A program made the position numbers and the translations under genes. Positions 9,501 to 19,048 of a stretch of 64,000 nt of DNA are shown here, piece by piece (within the stretch, counting starts at the first letter, position 1; the number at the start of each line of letters is the position of its first letter). The notes beneath the pieces are model-generated. The model searched no databases. It was given only the letters and a program-made list of their open reading frames with translations, and had not been told where the DNA came from. The DNA is from Bdellovibrionia bacterium (GTDB lineage: Bacteria > Bdellovibrionota > UBA1018), in assembly GCA_049424145.1 (NCBI GenBank), contig JBMSSC010000001.1:1-64000 (forward strand). Reading direction: 5' to 3'.

Positions 9501-10498
9501 TGCAGCACGGTGTTTTCTTTCAGCCCGAAAAGCCCTCTTTGCGTCCTTTTCGGCTCATGCTCCTGGCTCAGTTTCTTTGGTTCCTTCTGCTTGCGCTGTT
9601 GGTGGGATGGTGGGGAAAACTTGCCTTGCGCCAAGCGTCTCGAATCGCTGAGCTTGAACAGGCACTTGGACAAAGTGCGTCGCAGACGCAAGCTCACTGG
9701 GGACACGTGCAGGCCATGCTTTTTTGGGAGTCCGGTGCGTTTTTTGTGCTACTGGCAGCCAGCTCTGGACTTCTTCTTTGGCTATTTTGGCGGGATCACC
9801 TGCGAGCCCGAGGGGTGCAGGCTTTTTTTGCCTCTCTGACGCATGAGCTTAGAACCCCATTAACCGGAATTCGTTTGCAAGCCGAGTCGATGGCCGATTA
9901 TCTGGCCGCCTCTCGTGGGAAGCAAGAAGCTTCTTTTGAGGTCCACCCAAAGCTCCTTCAGCTCTCCCAAAGGTTACTGGACGACACCATGCGCCTTCAG
10001 AGTCAAGTGGATCGCACCTTGGAGCTTGCTCGTGTGGAGGGGGGAGGGCCCGTTTTTATTCAGCCCCTCCAGTTGAAGCCGTGGTTGGAACAGTTTTTAA
10101 GAAGTGGCTCCGTACCCGATTCAGCCCGATTTCAGATTCGCCTCAACGTGCCGGATGTCTGGATGGAGGCTGATCCGGCTGCTTTACAGGTGATTTTTAA
10201 AAACATCCTGGAAAACTCCATTAAGCACTCAGGGCAGCATCCTGTGGCTGTGAGCTTGGATGCGTTTCTTGAAGGACCATGGATTCGAATTCAGATTCAA
10301 GATGATGGTCAAGGGTACCTCGGTGATCCCAGGCTCTTAGGTCAGTTGTTTCAAAAAGGAGCGTCCTCCACCGGAACAGGCGTGGGTCTTTATTTGGTTC
10401 AAGCTTTAATGAAACGCATGGGAGGAAAGGTCCGATTTTTAACGGTCCCCGGATTTCAGGTGCAGCTCACCTTTCCCCAGGGGGGCCCTCATGAGTGA
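9497..10498 (+). CDS. Two-component sensor histidine kinase, two TM helices
   Basis: H-box THELRTPL, N-box NILENSIKH, DDGQG, GTGVGL; two hydrophobic segments around a short loop. Confidence 0.92.
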   Translation: MMQHGVFFQPEKPSLRPFRLMLLAQFLWFLLLALLVGWWGKLALRQASRIAELEQALGQSASQTQAHWGHVQAMLFWESGAFFVLLAASSGLLLWLFWRDHLRARGVQAFFASLTHELRTPLTGIRLQAESMADYLAASRGKQEASFEVHPKLLQLSQRLLDDTMRLQSQVDRTLELARVEGGGPVFIQPLQLKPWLEQFLRSGSVPDSARFQIRLNVPDVWMEADPAALQVIFKNILENSIKHSGQHPVAVSLDAFLEGPWIRIQIQDDGQGYLGDPRLLGQLFQKGASSTGTGVGLYLVQALMKRMGGKVRFLTVPGFQVQLTFPQGGPHE

Positions 10499-11201
10499 AA
10501 CGGCGGGATCGGCCAAAGTCCTCTTAGTGGAAGATGAAAAAAACCTAGGCTCCACCCTCTTAGAACGCCTGGAGTTTGAAGGGTTTGAGGTGGAGTGGGT
10601 CATGAGTTTAGAGCAAGCAGCCACGCGCATTCGTGCACAGGCCTTTGAGCTCGTTCTCTTAGATGTGGGCTTACCCGATGGATCCGGCTTTCAGCTTGCC
10701 CCGATCCTCCGCGAGGTTCAACCCCAAGCGGCCTTGATTTTTTTAACTGCTTTCGGAACGCCTGAGGATCGAATCCGTGGCCTGGAGCTCGGGGCTCAAG
10801 ACTACATCATGAAGCCTTTTTATTTGAAAGAGCTTCTCTTGAGGATGAGAAATGCACTGAAGCGCGCGCAGTCCTTAAAACTCAACTCCGAGAGCGCAGC
10901 CCCAACAGTTGTGACCATCGGTAAAGCAAAAGTGAACTTTTTAAGGTTCGAAGCTGAGGTGGAGGGTAAAATCAGTGCGCTCACCCATAAAGAAACGGCC
11001 CTATTAAAGCTCCTGCTTCAAAAACGGGGTTGTGTGGTGAGTCGAGATGAGATTCTTGATCATGCCTGGTCTCCAGATGAATTTCCTACGCCCAGAACAG
11101 TGGATAATTTCATCTTACGCCTCCGACGACTCGTGGAGTGGAACCCGGAGCACCCTCAAGTGATTAAGAGTATTCGAGGAATTGGGTATCAGCTTTTTTG
11201 A
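10491..11201 (+). CDS. OmpR/PhoB-family response regulator
   Basis: LLVEDE, LLDVGLPDG, FLTAFG, KPF, winged helix RTVDNFILRLRR..RGIGY. Confidence 0.93.
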   Translation: MSETAGSAKVLLVEDEKNLGSTLLERLEFEGFEVEWVMSLEQAATRIRAQAFELVLLDVGLPDGSGFQLAPILREVQPQAALIFLTAFGTPEDRIRGLELGAQDYIMKPFYLKELLLRMRNALKRAQSLKLNSESAAPTVVTIGKAKVNFLRFEAEVEGKISALTHKETALLKLLLQKRGCVVSRDEILDHAWSPDEFPTPRTVDNFILRLRRLVEWNPEHPQVIKSIRGIGYQLF

Positions 11202-11222
11202 CCCTGAAACTGGAGAGGAACA

Positions 11223-12284
11223 ATGACAGACCTAAATTTATTTCAATCAGCATTGGCGCGGAAAAACTCGGGTCGTCCCCCAGTTTGGTTCATGCGACAA
11301 GCCGGACGGTACCATTCTCATTATCAGGAGATGAGAAAAAAGTACTCCTTCATGCAGCTTTGTCAGTTGCCTCAGGTGGCCTGTGAAACGACTCTGGGGC
11401 CCATCCGGGATTTTGACTTTGATGCGGCCATTTTATTCTCGGATTTACTCTTTCCTTTGGATGCCCTAGGAATGGGATTAAGCTACACTGACTCAGGGCC
11501 AAAGCTCAGTTGGCACCTCCGCCAGCTCTCGGATCTGAAGCGATTTAAAACAGGTCCCGGTCTGAGTCAAAACCTTGAGTTTCAATCCCTGGCCTTGAAG
11601 GCGATTCGCCAAGCCCTACCCTCCAGTAAGGGGCTTTTGGGTTTCGTCGGAGGCCCTCTGACGTTATTTTGTTACGCGGTGGAGGGCAGTCATCAAGGAG
11701 AGTTGCGTTCGGCAAAAGAGGGCTTGAAAGACGGACGGTTCGAGGGGTTCTGTGAGGTGCTTTTTGAGCTTTTAGTGGACAACCTGGTTTCTCAGGCACG
11801 CGCAAACGCAGATGTGGTGGCGGTTCTCGATACCTGCGCAGGTGAGTTGGACGAAAGTGAGCTGAAGCAGTTTGTGGTTCCTGCACTCAGGCGGGTTTGT
11901 GAAGCGTTTCAGGCCCGTTGTCCAGAGGGAAAACTCTTGTACTACTCCAAGTCCACAGGGCCCAGTTATTGGTCCCAGCTCGTGGATCTGCCCATTTTAG
12001 GGCTGGGGATTGACTGGAAACACAATCTGGCACAGGTTCTTCGGGATTGGCACGGACGTTTTGCGATTCAAGGAAATATCGATCCCAGTTGGCTCTTTTT
12101 GGAGCCTCTGGAGCTTGAGAGTCGAGTTCGATCGGTGTTCAACGAGGTGAGAGCCCTTCCGGAATCCATGCGACAGGGGTGGATTTGCGGTTTAGGTCAT
12201 GGAGTGTTACCAAAGACTCCTGAGGATCATGTCAGACGAGTCTTACGAATACAGAAAGAAATTTTTGGGGGTCCCACTTCATGA
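11223..12284 (+). CDS. hemE: Uroporphyrinogen decarboxylase
   Basis: PVWFMRQAGRY, DAAILFSDLL, QGNIDP, LGHGV. Confidence 0.95.
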   Translation: MTDLNLFQSALARKNSGRPPVWFMRQAGRYHSHYQEMRKKYSFMQLCQLPQVACETTLGPIRDFDFDAAILFSDLLFPLDALGMGLSYTDSGPKLSWHLRQLSDLKRFKTGPGLSQNLEFQSLALKAIRQALPSSKGLLGFVGGPLTLFCYAVEGSHQGELRSAKEGLKDGRFEGFCEVLFELLVDNLVSQARANADVVAVLDTCAGELDESELKQFVVPALRRVCEAFQARCPEGKLLYYSKSTGPSYWSQLVDLPILGLGIDWKHNLAQVLRDWHGRFAIQGNIDPSWLFLEPLELESRVRSVFNEVRALPESMRQGWICGLGHGVLPKTPEDHVRRVLRIQKEIFGGPTS

Positions 12285-13660
12285 GCACCGAGCTCAATTT
12301 ATTGAGAAAATACAATGTTCCTGGTCCCAGGTACACCAGTTATCCCACGGTTCCGTATTGGTCCGAATCCCCCACGCAGCAGCAGTGGATTCAGAGCATT
12401 TCTCAGGCGTTAGAGGAGAGTGAAAAGCAAAACGTGGGAGCCGCTCTCTACGTTCACATTCCTTTTTGTGAGAGCCTGTGTACCTACTGCGGTTGCAATA
12501 CGCGAATCACGCGCAACCGAGACGTCTCAGCCAGCTACACGCAGACGGTTTTAAAAGAGTGGAGCCTTTATCTAGAAAAACTCCGTTCGATTCGGTCGCA
12601 AGACATCACGATCAGTGAGATTCATTTAGGCGGAGGAACTCCCACGTTTCTTCATCCTCGTGAGCTGGAGCGTCTGCTCTTAGGCATTTTAGATCAAGCC
12701 CGAATCCCCGCCTCAGCCGAGTTCTCGGTCGAAGCCGATCCCCGGGTCACTGAGCGGGAGCACTTGCAGGTGCTCTCCAAACTGGGCTTTAAACGCCTCA
12801 GCCTGGGCATTCAGGATTTTGACCCCCACGTGCAGCAGATCGTCCACCGCGTTCAAAGTGAGGAGCAAGTCAGGCGCGTCACCCAAGAAGCCCGCGACCT
12901 AGGCTATACGAGCATTAACTATGACCTCATTTATGGCCTCCCCTTTCAAACGCAAACGAGCGTAAGAAAAACCATTGAGGCCGTGCAGCGACTGAGACCC
13001 GATCGGATTGCTTTTTATGCCTATGCTCATGTGCCGTGGATTAAGCCCAGTCAAAGGCGCTTTACTGAAGCCGATCTGCCTGAGGCAGGTGAGAAACGGG
13101 CACTCTATGAGCTCGGGCGTCAAATGCTGGAGGAAGTGGGTTACCAAGAAATTGGGATGGATCACTTTGCCCTAAAAAACGACTCCCTTTGGAAGGCCTC
13201 TTTGGAAGGCTCCTTGCATCGAAATTTTATGGGCTACACCACCCGGCAAGTCTCTCCTTTGATTGGCCTTGGAGTTTCTGCCATCGGCGATTCTTGGAGT
13301 GTTTTTGCTCAAAATGAGAAAGTTCTAGAAACCTACTCTGCTCGAGTTGAAAAAGGGGAAATCCCAATTTTTCGGGGCCACGTTTTAAATGCTGAGGATC
13401 AAGTCATGAGGCGACACATTTTAAACCTCATGACTCGATTGAAAACTTCGTGGAGCGAGGACTCGCTGCGGGTGGATCACTTGCAGACGATCCAAGACCG
13501 CTTGGCGGAGTTGTGTTCCGATGGCCTTGTGGAGCTTCAACAGGAGGCTTGCCTGATTCCTGAGCGGGGGCGTCCTTTTTTAAGAAATATCTGCATGGCC
13601 TTTGATGCCCGTCTGATTCGAAACGCTCCTCAAACGGAGATTTTTAGCCGAACGATATGA
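12281..13660 (+). CDS. hemN: Oxygen-independent coproporphyrinogen III oxidase (radical SAM)
   Basis: GPRYTSYPT, YVHIPFCESLCTYCGC, GGGTPT, IGMDHF, RNFMGY. Confidence 0.95.
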   Translation: MSTELNLLRKYNVPGPRYTSYPTVPYWSESPTQQQWIQSISQALEESEKQNVGAALYVHIPFCESLCTYCGCNTRITRNRDVSASYTQTVLKEWSLYLEKLRSIRSQDITISEIHLGGGTPTFLHPRELERLLLGILDQARIPASAEFSVEADPRVTEREHLQVLSKLGFKRLSLGIQDFDPHVQQIVHRVQSEEQVRRVTQEARDLGYTSINYDLIYGLPFQTQTSVRKTIEAVQRLRPDRIAFYAYAHVPWIKPSQRRFTEADLPEAGEKRALYELGRQMLEEVGYQEIGMDHFALKNDSLWKASLEGSLHRNFMGYTTRQVSPLIGLGVSAIGDSWSVFAQNEKVLETYSARVEKGEIPIFRGHVLNAEDQVMRRHILNLMTRLKTSWSEDSLRVDHLQTIQDRLAELCSDGLVELQQEACLIPERGRPFLRNICMAFDARLIRNAPQTEIFSRTI

Positions 13661-15153
13661 TTGGACAGATTCACCCCCAAATCAAAGAAGTCACCGTGAT
13701 TGGAGGGGGGATTGCTGGACTGCTTGCAGCCTATGCGCTGGAGAAAAAAGGCTACAGCGTGGATCTCTATGAGTCGAGTGATCGATTAGGGGGATTGATT
13801 CAAACCCGCAGTCTTCCTCAGGGGATTGCCGAAGCCGCAGCACATTCCCTCTTAGTCACCCCCGCTGTGCTGGAGTTCTGTGAGTCGCTTGGCGTGGAGC
13901 TTTGTGCGGTGAATCCCCGCTCCAAGGCGCGTTGGATTCTCAGGGAAGGACAATTCAGGCAGTTTCCCTTGAGCTGGGGTGAGGCGCTTGCGGCTTTGCT
14001 TCGGGCTTGTTTCCTGCGCTCGAAACTCAGTGTCGACCCGGGGAGTTTAACCCTGGAGCAGTGGGTGCTTCGGTTCTTGGGGCGCCCTGCGTTAGACTAC
14101 CTCATGACCCCCATGCTGCGAGGCATCTACGGGGCTCGAGCCCACGAAATTGCTGTCGGCGCAGCGTTCCCAGCCCTCGTCGTTCCTCGGGGGAGGACCT
14201 TCCTTGGTGTTCAGCTGTTTCGGATGCTCAGCCGCTGGATGAAAAATCAAGTGCTCGCACCCGTGAGAGCCCTCTTGCAGCCACAGTCTGGAACTCAAAG
14301 CCCTGACTCATTAAGAAAAACTCGGCCTAAGAAAGCACAGATGATGGCTCCGAAAAAAGGAATGGGTGAGCTCGCACGGGCTCTAGAGCGGTCCCTCAGG
14401 GCCAGTCAACGAGTGAGAATTCATCTTAACTCCCCAGTGAAGGTTCTACCTGCCGTCTCCAACCTCGTTCTTGCAGTGCCGGCTTCCCATGCCGCAGAAC
14501 TCCTCCAATCCTCCTCCCCAGAGCTCTCCCGGCGCTTGAGTCAGGTTCCTTACACCCCGTTGATTTCAGTCACGGTATTCTTAAAAGCCTCCGACTTTTT
14601 GGCCTCAAAACAGAAATCTCCCTCCTGCTCCCTGGGGCCATCCCCCCAGCAGGTCACGAAGTTCTCCTCAGATGCCCATCCCTATCCCTCGGGCGTGGGC
14701 GTGCTGTTTCCTGAAAAAGAAAACACTCAAACCTTGGGTTTCTTGTTTAACTCCAGTGCTTTTCCCCAGCGTGTTTCTTCCTCAGAGTCTCTGATCTCCT
14801 TGAGCGCTTTTTTAGGCGGTTCCTCTCAGCCTTCCGTTTTAGATGAATCCGATGAGCAGATTTTAAGGCGAATTGAGATGGACTTAAAGCAGTTCTTTGG
14901 CTTTCAAGGCCAAATGGAGAGCTATCAAATCCATCGCTGGCCTCATGCGGTGCCTCAGTACAACGCAAGTTTGATGGAGACTTGGGAGGTTGCTGCCAAG
15001 ACGTGGTGCCAGGCTCCCGGGCACGTCCTGTTTGGCAATTACACAGGTCAACTCAGTGTGCGCGGCATGATCGAGCGGGTTCTGAGCTGGCCACTCAATT
15101 GCAATGAATGGGGCCATGAATTGGAAGCTCCTTTTTCGGCCACTCCACGGTGA
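13657..15153 (+). CDS. hemY: HemY-type FAD-dependent (proto/copro)porphyrinogen oxidase
   Basis: GGGIAGL FAD motif, E..DRLGG, GIYGA, LFNSSAFPQR, RWPHAVPQY; last gene of hem cluster. Confidence 0.85.
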   Translation: MIGQIHPQIKEVTVIGGGIAGLLAAYALEKKGYSVDLYESSDRLGGLIQTRSLPQGIAEAAAHSLLVTPAVLEFCESLGVELCAVNPRSKARWILREGQFRQFPLSWGEALAALLRACFLRSKLSVDPGSLTLEQWVLRFLGRPALDYLMTPMLRGIYGARAHEIAVGAAFPALVVPRGRTFLGVQLFRMLSRWMKNQVLAPVRALLQPQSGTQSPDSLRKTRPKKAQMMAPKKGMGELARALERSLRASQRVRIHLNSPVKVLPAVSNLVLAVPASHAAELLQSSSPELSRRLSQVPYTPLISVTVFLKASDFLASKQKSPSCSLGPSPQQVTKFSSDAHPYPSGVGVLFPEKENTQTLGFLFNSSAFPQRVSSSESLISLSAFLGGSSQPSVLDESDEQILRRIEMDLKQFFGFQGQMESYQIHRWPHAVPQYNASLMETWEVAAKTWCQAPGHVLFGNYTGQLSVRGMIERVLSWPLNCNEWGHELEAPFSATPR

Positions 15154-16108
15154 TTCCCATCAACCCCACTTCCGATTGAGTCTCGCTTTGGTTTTGCTGG
15201 GGGGGGTTGTTTTGAGTTGTGGACGAGGGCACGACGCTTTGGATCAGGCGTTGGACCCCCCTCCGGGCTCTCAAATCCCGGGGTTTACCGAAGTTCTTGG
15301 GGGGAAAGCGCAGTTTGGCACTCAGTGCCCCTATGGTTTTTCCACGGAGCCTGCGTCGGTGCCACTTGAGCTTTGGAATTGTCCGATGGCAGTGAGTCCC
15401 GTGGAGCTCACTGAGTCCTTGCGCCCCGTCATCTTGCAAGTGGATTGCAAGAAGAAAACGATGGACTTAAGAGGTGTGAGTTCAGGAGCCCAGGCCACCA
15501 CCTGGGAGCTCATGCCGGATGGGACTTTCTTTTTGAGTCAAGAGGCAGGAGAGGCCATTTTGAAGTCCGATGGCGCGGGGCATTTGCCGTGCCGGGTTCC
15601 ACTGAAGGCCAATTTTTGGGGAAAAGTTGATTGTAAAACGAGAGATGAAGCCTCAATTCAATTGGAAACCCTTTGGTGGTTAGGAGAACCTCCGGTGGTG
15701 AGTGTGCCTGAACCAACAGGATCACCGCACCCGCAACCGCTACCCTCCTCGTCCATGGGTCCTGCTTCGGGAACGTCTCGTGCGATTTCAGCTCATGCTC
15801 CGAGTGCTTGGGGTGGAGAAGGAGCTCCTGGAGCTCGATTCCGAGAGGGCAGGAGTGATTTTTCTTACCCCATGCCGGAAGTGTCCTCTCAGCCCTTCCC
15901 CATAGGGCAACCCTCCTCTTCCCCTTCAAGTTCACCCTCGACTCAGCCGCCTACCCCTGATCCGCGCTCCACGGAGCCTGTCCCTGAGGTGAGTTCAGCG
16001 CCCGGGGCCTCCTCACGACCTCAGTCCCCCGCTAGCCGAGTGCCTTTGTGTCAGGTGCCTGTGGGATGTTATTTTCATAACCTCTCGGAAGTCAGGCAGT
16101 GCTACTAG
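15116..16108 (+). CDS. Hypothetical Cys-rich lipoprotein with Pro/Ser-rich linker
   Basis: Hydrophobic stretch ending in lipobox-like VLSC; several Cys; long P/S-rich segment before a C-terminal Cys cluster. Confidence 0.6.
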   Translation: MNWKLLFRPLHGDSHQPHFRLSLALVLLGGVVLSCGRGHDALDQALDPPPGSQIPGFTEVLGGKAQFGTQCPYGFSTEPASVPLELWNCPMAVSPVELTESLRPVILQVDCKKKTMDLRGVSSGAQATTWELMPDGTFFLSQEAGEAILKSDGAGHLPCRVPLKANFWGKVDCKTRDEASIQLETLWWLGEPPVVSVPEPTGSPHPQPLPSSSMGPASGTSRAISAHAPSAWGGEGAPGARFREGRSDFSYPMPEVSSQPFPIGQPSSSPSSSPSTQPPTPDPRSTEPVPEVSSAPGASSRPQSPASRVPLCQVPVGCYFHNLSEVRQCY

Positions 16109-16190
16109 GTTCCGACTTGAGCTTTGATCAGAGCGTGGGTTTTCTCTGAGCTGGGATGCAACGAAACGGATTTTGAGTTAAAACCAAAAA

Positions 16191-16682
16191 ATGAGCCGTC
16201 CTTCGTCGTCATCCGTTCAACTGAAATGGCCTGTTTGGTACCTGCCCGGGGCACCCCTGGGTTCCGCCGTACGCTACGTGGCCTCCCTCTCGGGCGCCTT
16301 TCACTGGGTGGGCATTTATATCCTCCGCTCAGGCGCACTGGAGTTGGGTCCTTTTCTGGGCGCAGCCACGGAGCACACCCGAATTCCTGTGGGAAAGGGG
16401 GTCTGCGGAACGGCCGTGGCTGAGAACCGAAACCTCAATATTCCCCGAGTCTCGGAGTTTGGAAACTATTTGGCCTGCAGCGTTGAGACCCGCTCTGAGC
16501 TCGTGGTGTTGATTCGAGACCGAAGAGGAAAAATTCTAGGTCAAATTGACATTGATAGTCACTGCGAGGATGCTTTCGGTGAGCGTGAACAGGCGGCCGT
16601 GGAGCAGGTGGCCCAGGAGTTAGGCGAGTGGGTGTCTCAGGCTGAGTTTTTAAGGGCGCTTGAGACGGGAAAAAAAAGATAA
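16191..16682 (+). CDS. GAF-domain protein, free methionine-R-sulfoxide reductase (MsrC)-like
   Basis: WVGIY, LGPF, RIPVGKGVCGTA, YLACS, SELVV, IDIDS. Confidence 0.8.
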   Translation: MSRPSSSSVQLKWPVWYLPGAPLGSAVRYVASLSGAFHWVGIYILRSGALELGPFLGAATEHTRIPVGKGVCGTAVAENRNLNIPRVSEFGNYLACSVETRSELVVLIRDRRGKILGQIDIDSHCEDAFGEREQAAVEQVAQELGEWVSQAEFLRALETGKKR

Positions 16683-16731
16683 CCTTGGACTCCGGTAGGG
16701 ATTTTGGGCAACCTGAATTGAAAAAAGAACG

Positions 16732-17289
16732 ATGAGACAGGAGATGGAAGTTAATTCTATGGAAACAGCGCAGCCCTTCAATCGATGGAAGAATAAGTAC
16801 GTCATTTTAATTGGAGTTTTGCTCCTGGTGATTGCCTCAGATCAATGGACCAAGCAGATGATCTTGGAAAAATTTAAGCTAGGCGAAAGTCTTCCTCTGT
16901 TTCAGGGATACTTCGACCTGACTTATGTGCAGAACAAAGGCGCAGCGTTTGGGTTACTGGCTCAAGCAGATCCTGCATTTCGGGTTCCATTTTTTATGAC
17001 CGTTCCTGTGATTGCTCTGGGGGCGATTGCTTCTGTTTTTAGGAAGCTGAAAGCAAGCGATGCTCAGTCGGCCTTCGCCTTGGCGTTAATTATTTCAGGT
17101 GCGATTGGAAACTTGGTGGATCGAATCCGTCTTGGGTTTGTGGTGGATTTTCTCGATTTTCATTGGGGATGGCAGTACCACTTTCCTGCGTTTAACATTG
17201 CCGACTCAGCCATCTGCATCGGTGTGGGATGGGTGATCTTTGACTTATCCCAGAATCCTGCCCCTGAATCTCACCAAAAAGGAACCTAA
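16732..17289 (+). CDS. lspA: Lipoprotein signal peptidase II
   Basis: DQWTK, NKGAAFG, GAIGNLVDR, VVDF, FNIAD. Confidence 0.95.
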   Translation: MRQEMEVNSMETAQPFNRWKNKYVILIGVLLLVIASDQWTKQMILEKFKLGESLPLFQGYFDLTYVQNKGAAFGLLAQADPAFRVPFFMTVPVIALGAIASVFRKLKASDAQSAFALALIISGAIGNLVDRIRLGFVVDFLDFHWGWQYHFPAFNIADSAICIGVGWVIFDLSQNPAPESHQKGT

Positions 17290-17293
17290 GCTC

Positions 17294-18109
17294 ATGTACC
17301 CCCTTCTTCTTCAATTGGGCCCGATCTCGATTCACACCTATGGATTTATGATTGCCGTGGGCTTTTTGGCCTCCATTCATGTGGCCAAGCGCCTGTCCAT
17401 TCGCTCCCACTTGAATGTGGATCAGGTTCTGGATCTGGCTTTTTATAATCTCATCGTGGGCTTATTGGGAGCTCGATTATTATTTGTCATCACTCGATTC
17501 AGTTACTTTGCCAATGCTCCTTTGGATATTTTTAAGATCTGGGAAGGCGGCCTGGTTTTTCTTGGAGGACCGCTTGCTGTTTTTCCATTCATGATCTTTT
17601 ATGCCAAAAAGCATCGCCTAAATATCTGGAAGGTGATGGATGCCATGGCCCCTGGCCTTGCGTTAGGTCATGCCTTTGGTCGCTTTGGATGCCTGGCTGC
17701 TGGGTGTTGTTACGGGAAACCCACGGGAACTTCCTTTGGGATTCGTTTGAACTCGGAGCTGGTGGATCGCAGTCTTCATGGAGTGTTACTGCACCCCACT
17801 CAGTTGTATGAAGCGTTTTCACTTTTTTTGTTATCCGCAGGATTAGCCTATATTTTTAAGATCAAAAAATTTGACGGTCAGGTGGCCTTCTCCTATTTGC
17901 TGACCTATCCTGTGATTCGAAGCGTGATTGAAGTGTTCCGCGGGGATCTGATTCGGGGTTTCATCATTGACGATGTGCTCTCCACCAGTCAGTTCATCTC
18001 ACTTCTTGTTTTTTTAGGAGCAGCTGCTCTTCTGGTCTTTCGTCTGGGGCAGGTGAAAAACTCCTCTCGGAGTTCAAAAAAAATCGTTCAGCCCTCTTCT
18101 CAGGCTTAA
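17294..18109 (+). CDS. lgt: Prolipoprotein diacylglyceryl transferase
   Basis: IHTYG, LGARL, KIWEGGL, GRFGCLAAGCCYG, HPTQLYE, EVFRGD. Confidence 0.95.
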   Translation: MYPLLLQLGPISIHTYGFMIAVGFLASIHVAKRLSIRSHLNVDQVLDLAFYNLIVGLLGARLLFVITRFSYFANAPLDIFKIWEGGLVFLGGPLAVFPFMIFYAKKHRLNIWKVMDAMAPGLALGHAFGRFGCLAAGCCYGKPTGTSFGIRLNSELVDRSLHGVLLHPTQLYEAFSLFLLSAGLAYIFKIKKFDGQVAFSYLLTYPVIRSVIEVFRGDLIRGFIIDDVLSTSQFISLLVFLGAAALLVFRLGQVKNSSRSSKKIVQPSSQA

Positions 18110-18112
18110 TGG

Positions 18113-19048
18113 ATGATGAAGCCAAAAGAGTTGGTTCAAGGCAGGGGCAGTTGGGCTCAGAGAGCCTTTTTTTGGGGAGTGTGGGCCTGGGCTGTGCTGG
18201 GCTCATCGGGCAACGCTTGGGCACGATCCATTCTTGATGTAACGGGGACTCGAGTCTCCGTTTCGGATCACCCCCAGCGAGTGGTCACGTTGATCCCCTC
18301 CTTAGGGGAGCTTGCTGCGGAGCTACTGGGATCCGACTCCTCGCGGATCGTGGGAGTCAGTGCGTTTAGTGATACACCCGCATCGATTCAGTCCACCGAG
18401 CAAGTGGGGAGTTATCAGCGTTTGAACCTGGAGAAGATCGTGGCACTGAAGCCTGATCTGATTTTAGGGAGTCTTGAGGGAAACTCCACGGATCAAATCC
18501 TTCATCTGAGGGAGTTTTCCCTGCCCGTAGTGATGGTGCGGACTTCGAATTTTCATGAAGTGGCCGAATCCATTCGTCTGGTGGCCTTGGCCCTGGGGGA
18601 GCTGAAGCGGGGCGAGATTGCGGTTCAGAAGTTTCAAAAGGGGCTTCAGGCAGTCAAAGCCCGCACCACCTTGAGCCCACCTAAAAGAGTGCTTCTTCAA
18701 GTGGGGGATGACCCCTTGGTGGTGGTGGGTGGGAAGTCGTTTTTAAACGATGCCATTGAGGCCGTGGGTGCTCAGAATGTTTATGGTGATTTGAGCCTAG
18801 GCTATCCCCGTCCTTCGCTTGAGGATGTTCTGTTGCGCAATCCGGAGGTGATTCTGGTTGCGGCTCTGGCAAAAGATCGTGGGGCCTATGTGAGGATGGT
18901 GGAGAAGTGGAGGCGCTTGCCCACACTCCAGGCGGTGCAAAAAAAGCAGGTCCTGCTCTTTGAGTCCGACGCACTGCTGAGACCCACGCTCCGAATGATC
19001 GAGGGTTTAGAGCAACTCCGTCGGGCGATTGAAGGGGGGCACTTTTGA
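18113..19048 (+). CDS. ABC transporter substrate-binding protein, cobalamin/haem/Fe-siderophore class (BtuF-like)
   Basis: Signal peptide ending AWA; PQRVVTLIPS, NLEKIVALKPDLI, YPRPSLEDVLLRNPEVI. Confidence 0.85.
   Translation: MMKPKELVQGRGSWAQRAFFWGVWAWAVLGSSGNAWARSILDVTGTRVSVSDHPQRVVTLIPSLGELAAELLGSDSSRIVGVSAFSDTPASIQSTEQVGSYQRLNLEKIVALKPDLILGSLEGNSTDQILHLREFSLPVVMVRTSNFHEVAESIRLVALALGELKRGEIAVQKFQKGLQAVKARTTLSPPKRVLLQVGDDPLVVVGGKSFLNDAIEAVGAQNVYGDLSLGYPRPSLEDVLLRNPEVILVAALAKDRGAYVRMVEKWRRLPTLQAVQKKQVLLFESDALLRPTLRMIEGLEQLRRAIEGGHF

Noticed and set aside
16124..16423. Frameshift joining this ORF to the GAF gene
   Set aside because: 16191..16682 already has full stand-alone GAF length and all motifs.
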